A DNA stretch of 64,000 nt from Patescibacteria group bacterium. Lineage in GTDB: Bacteria; Patescibacteriota; Patescibacteriia; UBA9570. The number at the start of each line of letters is the position of its first letter. Within the stretch, counting starts at the first letter, position 1. The position numbers were made by a program, and so were the translations under genes. The notes beneath the pieces were generated by a model that was not told where the DNA came from, did no database searches, and saw nothing but the letters and a program-made list of their open reading frames with translations. This document shows positions 40,610 through 50,141 of the stretch, piece after piece. The stretch lies in NCBI GenBank assembly GCA_041665365.1, contig JBAYIY010000006.1, positions 19,602-83,601 on the forward strand, read 5' to 3'.

Positions 40610-40902
40610 TGCAGGCCATTTCAAAACAAGACATTCTCAAGCGTCTTAACCAGGCTGGAGTGGCTAACACGGTGCAAGCTGCCATGGTGGTTGAAGCCTT
40701 TCAGCTATATTTGGCCAGTGAATTTCCAGATATTAATGCTAATGATTGCACGCCGTTATTTGTTCAAGGTGGTGTGCTAGTAGTGCGCTCAACTCATCCA
40801 GAATTAATGCACTGTTTACGCGATCGTCAGACCGATATCTGTGAATATGTTTTAAAAACCACTGGAAAAATTATTACGCGCCTACAATTTCGCACGAGTT
40901 AA
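40606..40902 (+). CDS. DUF721-like small protein (possible DciA-type helicase loader)
   Basis: 98 aa, translationally coupled to dnaN. Size and position match the DUF721/DciA genes common next to dnaA-dnaN. Confidence 0.4.
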   Translation: MMQAISKQDILKRLNQAGVANTVQAAMVVEAFQLYLASEFPDINANDCTPLFVQGGVLVVRSTHPELMHCLRDRQTDICEYVLKTTGKIITRLQFRTS

Positions 40903-43559
40903 TTGCCAGCATTTTTATTGCCGTTCGTGTTTTTATTTGTATTGCTGTTCTTATTGCTAGGTGAGTTGGTATTATTGGAGTTTGAATTTTTGTTACTGTT
41001 TGTATTACTATTATTTGTGTTAGTGTTGGTGCTACCAACACTGTAAGAAAACGACACGGTACTGGAAGTAACATTATCACGGTCGTTTGTTACGCGAACT
41101 GTTAATGAATGATTACCAGTGGTCAGAGAGGTTGGTACATAAGTGCTGGTAAAAGGTTGACTGGTTTTAGTATCAACTGGAATATTATCAATAATATATT
41201 CAACTTTTTTTATACTGCGATTTGTGCCCGGATTAATTCTAGCCGCCAATAAAAATGTTTTGCTAGTCAGTTTATCTCCACTAGCCGGAGAAATTATAGT
41301 AACAGTAGGGCTTTGATCAGCCGAGCGGAGATTACAATCTTCATATTCGGTTTTTTCTGTAATATAATCTGACTGTCCTTCCGCCCAGGCTTGAATAGCC
41401 TTTTCCCAAGATGAATACATTGGATCACTCTCTGGTTTGTCTGGTGCGGAACCAAGTGGGTCTTCTTTGCGCAGATACTGTAAGATGGTGTGTACTTCTT
41501 TAAACTCTTTCTTGACTTTAAACTCGGCTGGATATGTGTTCACACAACTATCTGGAATAATATGTTGTGTACCCTTATCAACATATTTTTCAACTGTCTC
41601 ACCAATTGCGCCGCTTAAAACTGGCTTGTTAGCCTTAACCGCATCTGGGGCGGTAAAAGATTCATTCGGTAAACCCTCAAGAATCCGACTCATGTAGTCA
41701 TTGGCAATTGGGGCGGCAATGATAACACCATCAGCCATATAATCCATCGCGTCATTATTGTTATTACCCGTCCAAATACCCGTGGCAAACGACGGTGTAT
41801 ACATTAATGTCCAAGCATCATGAAAATCTTGACTGGTGCCGGTTTTACCAGCAATCGTTTTTCCAGATATATTTAAAGCCGAAAAACCAGAGCGCGCGCC
41901 TTGGTCGGTTAAAACACTATTCAATTGTTTAACGGCATTTTTATCAACCACTTGAGAAGCAGAGTCGGTCCATTCATATAACACCTTACCAGTGCGATCT
42001 TCTACTTTTAAAATACTGGCTGTGGGATGGCGCTCACCTTCTCGAGCAAAGGTGGCAAAAGCCGAGGTGTGTTCTAATAATTTTACTTCACCACTCCCTA
42101 GCGCTAAAGCCAAACCATAAGTATCGCGATTTCCCAATGTGGTATAACCAAGACTATCGGCGGTATCGAGCACTTTATCTTTGCCAACCAAGTAGAGAGT
42201 TTTAACGGCAGGGATATTGAGAGATTGCCCCAAAGCGCGACGCATAGTAGTAGGACCAGAAGTACCCATACTGAAATTATGTGGGTGATAATTACCGCTT
42301 TCAGTTGGAAAATCAGTTTCTACATCAAACAAAGCAGTATTAGGATTGTAACCATTGGCAAAGGCGGTGGTATAGACAATAGGCTTAAAGGAAGAACCAG
42401 GTTGGCGCAGGCTGGTAGCGACATTAACTTGTCCATCATAATCAGCAGCATAATAATCTTTTGAACCAACCATGGCTAATATTTGACCCGTCTTGGCATC
42501 AAGAGAAACTAACGCGGCGTTGCTACCACCATATTTTTCAACCTTGACCATACCATCGGTAATAACCTGTTCAGCAATGGCCTGTTTATCATAATCCAGG
42601 GTGGTGGTTACTTTGAGACCTTGATTGATAAAGTTACTGCCAAAATCATCTTCTAGTTGGGTGATAACATAATCAACAAAATGTGGGGCATCTTTTTTGG
42701 CGGCGGTTTGCTTAATATCAACTGGTTCAAGCTTAGCGGCATCAGCCTGTTCTAGGGTGATGTATCCTTCCTCGGCCATACGCTCTAAAGTGAAATCTTT
42801 CCGTTCCAACAAAGCCTCCATTCCAGAATCAATTCGGCTGGGTTTTTGTGGTATGGCTGCCAAAAAAGCCGCTTGAGCCAAAGTCAGGTCAGCCGGACTC
42901 TTTTCAAAATAACTTTGGGCGCCAGCGGCCACGCCTAAATTTATACCACCATAAGACGCTTCGTTTAAATAAAATTCCAAAATCTGATCTTTACTGTATT
43001 TACGTTCTACCTCGATAGCCAAAATAAGCTCTTTTATTTTTCGCGACAGGCTTGATTCGTTACCAACAATAGCTAATTTAACAAATTGTTGAGTGATAGT
43101 TGATCCACCAACGCGACGTTCTGAAGATAAGGTAATGCCGGCGGAGCGGAGCAAAGCCAATGGGTCAAAACCGTGATGATTGTAAAAATTCTTATCCTCC
43201 AAGGCCACCGTCGCCTGTTTGAGATAAGGTGAAATAGCATCAATTTTTGTATAGGTGCGCCGGACGTCACGACCGGTTTCATAGAGCATGTGTTCACCAC
43301 TGCGATCGTAGATTTTTGTACTCTCAGCAATCACGCGATTTTGTAATTCTTCAGTACTGGGTAGATCTTTGGCAAAATAGGCAAATACAGCGATGCCGGC
43401 TATCACCACCAAGGCTGTACCAATTAGTCCAATTAATACTAAACGTTTTAACCATTTTTTCCAGTTTTTCTTCACGTGTCCCTTAAATCCCTCTCGGCGT
43501 TTACTGGGGTGTGTTTTATCCATAGATAAAACACACTGTAGCAGAAAATGAGCGATCAT
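40899..43559 (-). CDS. Class A penicillin-binding protein (PBP1A; transglycosylase + transpeptidase) with C-terminal Ig-like region and N/S/T-rich low-complexity tail
   Basis: GT51 motif EDKNFYNHHGFD, transpeptidase SSFKP / SLN / KTGTS, C-terminal TNTNTNNSNTNSNKNSNSNNTNS. Confidence 0.85.
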   Translation of the reverse strand: MIAHFLLQCVLSMDKTHPSKRREGFKGHVKKNWKKWLKRLVLIGLIGTALVVIAGIAVFAYFAKDLPSTEELQNRVIAESTKIYDRSGEHMLYETGRDVRRTYTKIDAISPYLKQATVALEDKNFYNHHGFDPLALLRSAGITLSSERRVGGSTITQQFVKLAIVGNESSLSRKIKELILAIEVERKYSKDQILEFYLNEASYGGINLGVAAGAQSYFEKSPADLTLAQAAFLAAIPQKPSRIDSGMEALLERKDFTLERMAEEGYITLEQADAAKLEPVDIKQTAAKKDAPHFVDYVITQLEDDFGSNFINQGLKVTTTLDYDKQAIAEQVITDGMVKVEKYGGSNAALVSLDAKTGQILAMVGSKDYYAADYDGQVNVATSLRQPGSSFKPIVYTTAFANGYNPNTALFDVETDFPTESGNYHPHNFSMGTSGPTTMRRALGQSLNIPAVKTLYLVGKDKVLDTADSLGYTTLGNRDTYGLALALGSGEVKLLEHTSAFATFAREGERHPTASILKVEDRTGKVLYEWTDSASQVVDKNAVKQLNSVLTDQGARSGFSALNISGKTIAGKTGTSQDFHDAWTLMYTPSFATGIWTGNNNNDAMDYMADGVIIAAPIANDYMSRILEGLPNESFTAPDAVKANKPVLSGAIGETVEKYVDKGTQHIIPDSCVNTYPAEFKVKKEFKEVHTILQYLRKEDPLGSAPDKPESDPMYSSWEKAIQAWAEGQSDYITEKTEYEDCNLRSADQSPTVTIISPASGDKLTSKTFLLAARINPGTNRSIKKVEYIIDNIPVDTKTSQPFTSTYVPTSLTTGNHSLTVRVTNDRDNVTSSTVSFSYSVGSTNTNTNNSNTNSNKNSNSNNTNSPSNKNSNTNKNTNGNKNAGN

Positions 43560-43573
43560 GCTAGTGTAATATT

Positions 43574-44740
43574 ATGGACATATTATTAGAAAGAGGCGTT
43601 GATACAATTTACCCATCACTAAAAAAACTCAAAGAAAAACTGGCCACTGGCGATAAACTTACCCTATATTTAGGAGTGGATCCAACCGGGGCATTATTAC
43701 ACATCGGTCATACAATACCTTTACGAAAACTAGCTCAATTTCAACAGGCGGGGCACAAAGTGATTTTATTAATGGGCGACTTTACGGCCGTTATTGGGGA
43801 TCCGACTGGGAAAGATAAAACCCGTGTTCCTCTAACATCAGGGCAGATTTTAAAAAATGCCGAAACCTATAAAGAGCAAGCCAGTAAAATTTTAGATTTT
43901 AATCACCCAATCAATCCAGTTGAAATTCGTTATAACAGTACCTGGTTGGCCAAACTTACTTTCACTGAGGTTATAAAACTGGCCGCACATTTTACCGTGC
44001 AACAAATGTTAGAACGAGACATGTTTGAACGGCGCATTAAACATGGGCAGCCCATTTCACTGCATGAGTTTTTGTATCCTTTGATGCAGGGTTATGATTC
44101 TGTGGCGATGGATGTTGATTTAGAAGTTGGTGGGACAGATCAAACGTTTAATATGTTGGCCGGAAGAACTTTACAACGCGAAATCAATCAACGGGAAAAA
44201 TTTGTTATCACCGTGCCGTTATTGGCTGATGCCAATGGAGTAAAAATCGGCAAGTCAGAAGGTAATGTGATTGCCATTACGGCTAAACCGGCCGATTTAT
44301 ATGGCAAAATTATGGCTTTAGGTGACGATGTAGTAGAACAGTGTTTTGAATTATGCACCGATCTACCCATGACTGAAATTAAACAAATTGTTCAAGGCAA
44401 TCCGAAACAAGCCAAGATGAGATTAGCTCGTGAAATTGTTACTATTTATCATTCAGCTGAAGCCGCGGCGCAAGCTGAACAGGAATTTAACACAGTGTTT
44501 TCCAAACACGGTAAACCGAGTGACATACCAAACAAATTAATTCCAAACACTACTGAGCCACCGGCGATACTTGTGGAACTAGCTCTGGCCGAAAATAAAT
44601 CTGCGGCGAAACGATTATTTGAACAAGGGGGAGTAAAAATAAATGATCAAAAAATAACCGATTGGAAAAAACCGTTAGTGTTAAAATCCGGCGATGTGAT
44701 TCAAGTTGGAAAAAGAAATTTTATCGCAGTGTACGAATAA
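43574..44740 (+). CDS. tyrS: Tyrosine--tRNA ligase
   Basis: HIGH (LHIGHTIPL) and KMSKS-like (KIGKSEG) motifs, C-terminal S4 domain. Last five codons and the stop lie in a family-B palindrome. Confidence 0.9.
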   Translation: MDILLERGVDTIYPSLKKLKEKLATGDKLTLYLGVDPTGALLHIGHTIPLRKLAQFQQAGHKVILLMGDFTAVIGDPTGKDKTRVPLTSGQILKNAETYKEQASKILDFNHPINPVEIRYNSTWLAKLTFTEVIKLAAHFTVQQMLERDMFERRIKHGQPISLHEFLYPLMQGYDSVAMDVDLEVGGTDQTFNMLAGRTLQREINQREKFVITVPLLADANGVKIGKSEGNVIAITAKPADLYGKIMALGDDVVEQCFELCTDLPMTEIKQIVQGNPKQAKMRLAREIVTIYHSAEAAAQAEQEFNTVFSKHGKPSDIPNKLIPNTTEPPAILVELALAENKSAAKRLFEQGGVKINDQKITDWKKPLVLKSGDVIQVGKRNFIAVYE

Positions 44741-44757
44741 TATTCGTACACTGCGAT
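44723..44757. repeat. Family-B palindrome, short copy (ATCGCAGTGTACGAATA-A-TATTCGTACACTGCGAT)
   Basis: Between convergent tyrS and galT; supplies the tyrS stop codon. Confidence 0.85.
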
Positions 44758-45723
44758 TTACAAATGTACTCTATAAAAGTTCGCAGCTTCTTCCGGTGGG
44801 ATCGGATTTATAATTAAACCAGACCCGATTTCAACGCCAGCCCACGCCGAACCACGTGGGATTATCTTCATGTAGAGATGTTGATCGGGGTCGGCGACTA
44901 ATTGATGAAAATAATAATTGTACGGTAAATGCAATTCATGATTAATGGTGCGCAATAATTTCTTCATAATATTTGCCCATGAATAACGCTCGGAATGCGT
45001 TAGTAGGGTGATATTGTCACGGTGCTGCTTAGGCAATATCCAAACCTCGTAATTATGCATGGAAGCATATGGGCAAAAGGCGATCACATTTTTATCAGCC
45101 CAAACAAAACGAGCACTGACAGCCTCTTTCTTAATAACGTCACAATAAATACAATCTCCAAACATGGAGCGATGAATTTGCACACGATTGGATTTATCTA
45201 AGATATGGGGTGGTACAAACTCTGTCGCGAAAATTTGTGAGTGGGAGTGACAGAGTGATGCTCCGGCTCGACCACCGGCATTCTTAAAAATCAACACATA
45301 ACGCAAACGCTTATTTTTAGCTAAACTTTTGGTGCGGCGCGCATAACACTCCAGAATTTCAGCCACTTGTTTGGTGGGTAAATCTTCCAGATGAGTGTTT
45401 GGATCAGGTGTTTCAATTACCAGTTCCTGTTCTCCATAAGCCTGATCATTATCCGGGGAAACTGCCGGGAAGCCATTTTTAATAACACACACGCGCCAAT
45501 GTTTTTTTCCGCCAACCACCAGCAGCATGGTTTCATGAACAATATTGTGTGGTGAAAAGCGACTATCTTCCGGACGCACTAACGGGCACTCATCGCCAGA
45601 CGAATCATTGAATTGATTAGGACGCAAAATTCGACCCGGCGCAATTAAGACATATTTTTCTTGGATGTAATCTTTACGAATTTGCGCCCTAAGCTTCTTC
45701 ATAATCACTCTTGGTTGGATCAA
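44758..45723 (-). CDS. galT: Galactose-1-phosphate uridylyltransferase-like (HIT-superfamily, GalT type)
   Basis: 321 aa; CHSHSQIF (HxHxQ) active-site motif and zinc-ligand Cys/His pattern. Confidence 0.65.
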   Translation of the reverse strand: MIQPRVIMKKLRAQIRKDYIQEKYVLIAPGRILRPNQFNDSSGDECPLVRPEDSRFSPHNIVHETMLLVVGGKKHWRVCVIKNGFPAVSPDNDQAYGEQELVIETPDPNTHLEDLPTKQVAEILECYARRTKSLAKNKRLRYVLIFKNAGGRAGASLCHSHSQIFATEFVPPHILDKSNRVQIHRSMFGDCIYCDVIKKEAVSARFVWADKNVIAFCPYASMHNYEVWILPKQHRDNITLLTHSERYSWANIMKKLLRTINHELHLPYNYYFHQLVADPDQHLYMKIIPRGSAWAGVEIGSGLIINPIPPEEAANFYRVHL

Positions 45724-46168
45724 TTAAAAAACCGGCCAAATCTTTTTTGCCCACCAACACAGGATAAATTAGTATTTTTCGATCAACTAAACTAGCAATT
45801 GTATCGATATGGCGATTACGTAAATGGAGGTGCAATTTAACATACGGCCGAACACTGATTCCATTAGTGGCCGGGATAACACGAATATCATACAAGCCCG
45901 GGATTTGTTTACGCAGTTTTGGCGTAATGGTGGTACGAATGGTTTCGCGAACTTTTTGAAAATTATGTTTTGTCAGTTCTAATTTAGGAAACAATTTTTT
46001 GAATTGAGTATAAACAGTATATAAACCCAATTTTTTTGCAACAGAAATATCTATGGCCGTGGTGCGAGCGCCAGTATCAATTTTGGCTTTACGGCGAATA
46101 AATTTTTTGGTACCAGGTAAAAAAATTTTTACTTCTTCGGCTAGACCAATAATAGTTTTTTTTGGCAT
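45689..46168 (-). CDS. RimK-associated retropepsin-like (putative ATP-dependent zinc protease, DUF785-like) protein
   Basis: 159 aa; IDTGARTTAI (D-T-G-A) and C-terminal VGKKDLAGFLIDP. Paralogous to the C-terminal domain of the next gene. Confidence 0.55.
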   Translation of the reverse strand: MPKKTIIGLAEEVKIFLPGTKKFIRRKAKIDTGARTTAIDISVAKKLGLYTVYTQFKKLFPKLELTKHNFQKVRETIRTTITPKLRKQIPGLYDIRVIPATNGISVRPYVKLHLHLRNRHIDTIASLVDRKILIYPVLVGKKDLAGFLIDPTKSDYEEA

Positions 46169-46172
46169 AAAA

Positions 46173-47552
46173 TTATTTCTTATTACGGTTAGGGTTAATC
46201 AAAAAACCGGCTAGATCTCTGCGGCCAATCACCATGGGATGAGATAATTTATTATCCAAAGCGACCGCGACGGTACTAGTTAAACGGCGACCACCTAAAT
46301 CGAAAGCGAGCGGCAGTTTAGGGCGAATAAGATATTGACCCTCAGACCGAACCGCCGCCACATCTACCCAATCGGACTGGAGGGCTAATATTTTAGTGCG
46401 AAAATTATCTTCGGCGGCTTGAGCTCGATCAACGGCCACGCTAGCGGGTAGCTGCAGGGTTTGTATAGCTGCCAGTGCCTCCGTAAAACCTAATTTAATA
46501 GCGGTATCTTTTGTGATGGTGGTTGATGTTAAACCGGTATCAATGAGGGCACGTACCGGCATGGCTATAGCATTTTTACCCTGTACTGTAACCGGTTCAT
46601 AAATTCCCAAGACCGGATTCAACAGATCGCTTTCACCATCTTGTTTGGCGAATAACTGTTTGCAAACACTCAAGCCTTTAGTAGCACTGGTAATAGTTAA
46701 GCCAGCCACGCGGTCAAGCCGATCACGCAAGGTAATCCGATTGGCATTTTGAATCTCTAAACCAGGATGAGCATTAACTTCTAAAATCATCGGCCCATAC
46801 TGTTTATCTAAAACAATATCAACACCCGCATAACCTAAACCAACTGCCTTAGCTGCTTCAATGCTGATACGCAGAATATTATCCCAATCTGGAATTTTAA
46901 TATTACTCAGTGGTGTATTAAAATCTGGATGCAGACTGATTTGCCCCAATTGTTTAGCTGTCGCAAAGGTGGTCGTGCCATTAACTAAATCAACTCCAAC
47001 GCCAATGCCACCTAAATGCAAATTAGCTTTTCCGTCAGATTGCTTGGTCGGTAGCCGCAGCATGGCCATAACTGGAACTGAGTTAAACACTAATATTCGA
47101 ATATCCGGTACCCCTTGATATGAGACATTTTTAAATACCTCAGCTAACCGTAACCGCTCTTCACAGTAGGCGATATCAGGAATATTCGATAAAGAAAAGT
47201 TACCATCTAAAATATTACTGGTATGCCGCTGTAAATCGGCAATATCATAAACGTTTTCGCCGGTACTAATCCAGTGGCCTTGTTTATCTTTGCCATAGAG
47301 AATCACAATACCACCACCACCCAAACCGAAGTTTGGTTTCAAAACAAAGCTGCTCGGTAAACTTGACCAATCAAAATTAAATAATTCTTTACGATTTTTA
47401 ATAACGCCGAATAACTTAGCCGAAGGCAAACCGGCGGCAAATAATTTTTCTTTTGTGGCCAATTTGTTATTAGCCGTTTTGACGGCCTGACCACTGTTGT
47501 ATGGGTGGATGAATACCAAGTTTCTGGCATTCATACCGAGAACCTTGCCCAT
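46173..47552 (-). CDS. RimK-family ATP-grasp ligase (alpha-L-glutamate-ligase-like) fused to a C-terminal retropepsin-like domain
   Basis: N-terminal ATP-grasp pattern (LKPNFGLGGGGIVI..., EVNAHPGLE). C-terminus LIDTGLTSTTI...VIGRRDLAGFLINP matches the preceding gene. Confidence 0.65.
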   Translation of the reverse strand: MGKVLGMNARNLVFIHPYNSGQAVKTANNKLATKEKLFAAGLPSAKLFGVIKNRKELFNFDWSSLPSSFVLKPNFGLGGGGIVILYGKDKQGHWISTGENVYDIADLQRHTSNILDGNFSLSNIPDIAYCEERLRLAEVFKNVSYQGVPDIRILVFNSVPVMAMLRLPTKQSDGKANLHLGGIGVGVDLVNGTTTFATAKQLGQISLHPDFNTPLSNIKIPDWDNILRISIEAAKAVGLGYAGVDIVLDKQYGPMILEVNAHPGLEIQNANRITLRDRLDRVAGLTITSATKGLSVCKQLFAKQDGESDLLNPVLGIYEPVTVQGKNAIAMPVRALIDTGLTSTTITKDTAIKLGFTEALAAIQTLQLPASVAVDRAQAAEDNFRTKILALQSDWVDVAAVRSEGQYLIRPKLPLAFDLGGRRLTSTVAVALDNKLSHPMVIGRRDLAGFLINPNRNKK

Positions 47553-49117
47553 TAGGGTTGTTGTTTACCAATAAAAAGTTTGCGGAAGCGGAAGTATTCG
47601 ATGACGCGTAAACCGGAGAAGCGACCCAACACGATATTAATCACTAAAGTTAATAGAATCAATTCCGGATAACCCATTAACAAAGTCGAGAACTCATCCC
47701 AAGTGATAATCAAATAACTAATGATGGCCAGAGCTAAGGTTTCGGCCGTTAGAAAAATAGCTTGGCGATTACCTTGTTCAATTTGCACTTCAACAAACTT
47801 TTCTGTTAGCGTCATCATCACCAAGATCGGGAAAATAGAAATAGCTAAAATGTCAGTCTCACCATACAGGGCAGATAATATTAAGGCACCGAACAAAGTT
47901 ACACTGACAATGGTTAGAACAATGGCCATACGGGGTAAATACAAAATGCGTAACCGCCGCGCAGCGATCCGCGCTAGCGTAGCGGCCCCCAAGAGCAGCA
48001 AAAATGCCAAAACACCATATCTTAATCCGGTGATTGTAAAAGATAGCGTCATAACGGTGGGCACATATATACCAAAAGCCTTCACTCCCACCACTTGCCG
48101 ACCAAAGGAAATCAATGTCGCTACCACTGGTAAAGCCAGTAATAAAAATATTGTGTCCGAACCGACACCATTGTTGATCAAATAATTTACACCGTAGGAA
48201 ATAAAGTTAAACGGTGTAATCTGCTCCAAAGCGCGTTGGCTATGACGGCCGATCAATTGATAATCAATATTTTCTTGTTGTAGCCCTCCAACCAACTGGT
48301 CAACGGTCGGGTTAGCCAGAATAGATTCTAAAGCCGGCGGGGTAGTTAACATTATGTACTGTGGTACCAGCGCATTGTAAGTCGTTTGGGCGATACGGCC
48401 CAAAGCGCCACTACTAGGACGATCACTAATTTGGATGATGGCTTTTTGGGCAAAACTAATCATGCCTGACGTATCAGCTGAGCCACTACTGTTTAATATT
48501 CGACCCAACTCGGCGAGAGAATCTAATCCAATATTCTGCGCCGTCCAGACAATTACCACCTTGGCTTGAGAAATATCAGTTTCAGAAGATACTAACTGTT
48601 CAGCAATATTACGGGTTAGAACGTAATCTAAGTTTGAATCATTGCGCGGCCGAACTATTACTAACAAAGTACCATTACGTTGGGCATATTGGCGGTAGTA
48701 TCTAGCCTGATCACGACTGACGCTATCATCGGTAATAAGTAAAACGACATCTTTGGCGACAGAAACAAGTAAATCATCTCGTACCGTTTGATCGCCAGAG
48801 GTAATAGTTAAGTTGGCTTTATATGTACCGGATTGAGCATAAATATGAGACGCATCGATACCTTGAAAGCTTTGGCCATCACCAAAATCCCATTTATAGG
48901 TTAACGTGCTATCACTCGGGCCGCTGGAAGCGGATGCATCAAATAATACGTTTCGACCCACGGCCACGTTTTTATCCGGGCCAGCATTGGCAATTAATGG
49001 TGCTGGCGTAATTATTTCCTCTACTACACTGTCTGTTTGTGCTGACGTGAGTATCGGTACATACAAAAGTGCCGATAAAATAATGTATCTAGACATGTTT
49101 TTAGGCCAATGAAACAT
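47552..49117 (-). CDS. Secreted PKD-domain plus 7TM membrane protein (7TM/inactive-transglutaminase-like family associated with RimK operons)
   Basis: Signal peptide, PKD-like region (TYKWDFGDGQSF...GTYKANLTI), a roughly 170 aa extracytoplasmic domain, then seven predicted TM helices. Stop/start junction with the ATP-grasp gene. Confidence 0.45.
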   Translation of the reverse strand: MFHWPKNMSRYIILSALLYVPILTSAQTDSVVEEIITPAPLIANAGPDKNVAVGRNVLFDASASSGPSDSTLTYKWDFGDGQSFQGIDASHIYAQSGTYKANLTITSGDQTVRDDLLVSVAKDVVLLITDDSVSRDQARYYRQYAQRNGTLLVIVRPRNDSNLDYVLTRNIAEQLVSSETDISQAKVVIVWTAQNIGLDSLAELGRILNSSGSADTSGMISFAQKAIIQISDRPSSGALGRIAQTTYNALVPQYIMLTTPPALESILANPTVDQLVGGLQQENIDYQLIGRHSQRALEQITPFNFISYGVNYLINNGVGSDTIFLLLALPVVATLISFGRQVVGVKAFGIYVPTVMTLSFTITGLRYGVLAFLLLLGAATLARIAARRLRILYLPRMAIVLTIVSVTLFGALILSALYGETDILAISIFPILVMMTLTEKFVEVQIEQGNRQAIFLTAETLALAIISYLIITWDEFSTLLMGYPELILLTLVINIVLGRFSGLRVIEYFRFRKLFIGKQQP

Positions 49118-49604
49118 ACTGTTGTGTGGTTAAGGCGATAGCTAAGGCATCCGCGGCATCATCGGGTTTGGGTAGTTCACTCAAACCAAAGGTTGCCTGC
49201 ACCATATATTGTATCTGTTGTTTGTCGGCTTTGCCATAGCCAGTCATACAGTGTTTAACTTGCAGGGGGGTGACTTCCAATAACGGAATGTTATGCAAAG
49301 CGATATTTAAAAGTATTATGCCTCGAGCCTGACCAACATCGAAAGCAGTGGTAACGTTACGCGCAAAGAATAGTTTTTCGCAACCAGCTCGACTGATGGT
49401 GTAGCGCGAGAGTAGATTTTGTAACTGTTCATTGAGTAGAACTAAACGTTCACTAAGGGAATGTTTGGCCGGGGTGCGCAAGACACCATATTCCAAAACT
49501 GTTTTATCTTGAATAATGCCATAGCCGGTAATAGCCAAGCCAGGATCAAACCCAATCACAATATCACTTTTGGGCATTGTGTGAGATGTCGACGACGTCT
49601 TCAT
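49101..49604 (-). CDS. ruvC: Crossover junction endodeoxyribonuclease RuvC
   Basis: IVIGFDPGLAITGYGII and catalytic Asp/Glu pattern. Confidence 0.85.
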   Translation of the reverse strand: MKTSSTSHTMPKSDIVIGFDPGLAITGYGIIQDKTVLEYGVLRTPAKHSLSERLVLLNEQLQNLLSRYTISRAGCEKLFFARNVTTAFDVGQARGIILLNIALHNIPLLEVTPLQVKHCMTGYGKADKQQIQYMVQATFGLSELPKPDDAADALAIALTTQQYVSLA

Positions 49605-50094
49605 TATCTGTTAATTCTTCGAGTAAGTCGGCAAATTTTTGTAACACAACTGGATCAGTTAAGGGAACAGTGTAAGTTGGTTGATCTTTAGTTTGAAATA
49701 AGTAGCTAACCGAACCTGGACCGCCGAGTTTTCCACCGTACGAATGTAAGGTAGTTTTGATAAATCCGGCGGTACGATTGGTGTTATCTGTGGCACATTG
49801 TACCAGCAAGGCCACTCCACCCGGACCATAGCATTCATAGACGATTTCTTCGATTTGTTGACCGGGCAGCTCACCAGCGCCCCGTAAAATGGCGCGTTCA
49901 ATTACATCCTTAGGCATGTTGCTTTCGCGAGCCGTATCAATGGCTAATCGTAGGCTAGAATTCATGGCGGGGTCTTTGCCTTTCTTCGCAGCAATGCTAA
50001 TATTTTTCGAGAGCTTGGTAAACAAAGCCCCGCGCTTATTATCAGCTGCGCCCTTTGATCGCTTAATAGTTGCCCATTTAGAGTGTCCAGACAT
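49564..50094 (-). CDS. yebC: YebC/PmpR-family transcriptional regulator
   Basis: MSGHSKWATIKRSKGAADNKRG start. Shorter than typical YebC, so the C-terminus may be reduced. Confidence 0.75.
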   Translation of the reverse strand: MSGHSKWATIKRSKGAADNKRGALFTKLSKNISIAAKKGKDPAMNSSLRLAIDTARESNMPKDVIERAILRGAGELPGQQIEEIVYECYGPGGVALLVQCATDNTNRTAGFIKTTLHSYGGKLGGPGSVSYLFQTKDQPTYTVPLTDPVVLQKFADLLEELTDNEDVVDISHNAQK

Positions 50095-50141
50095 AAAAAT
50101 TAACCCCAGTATACTCAGTTTATTACTAAAGATCAATATCT

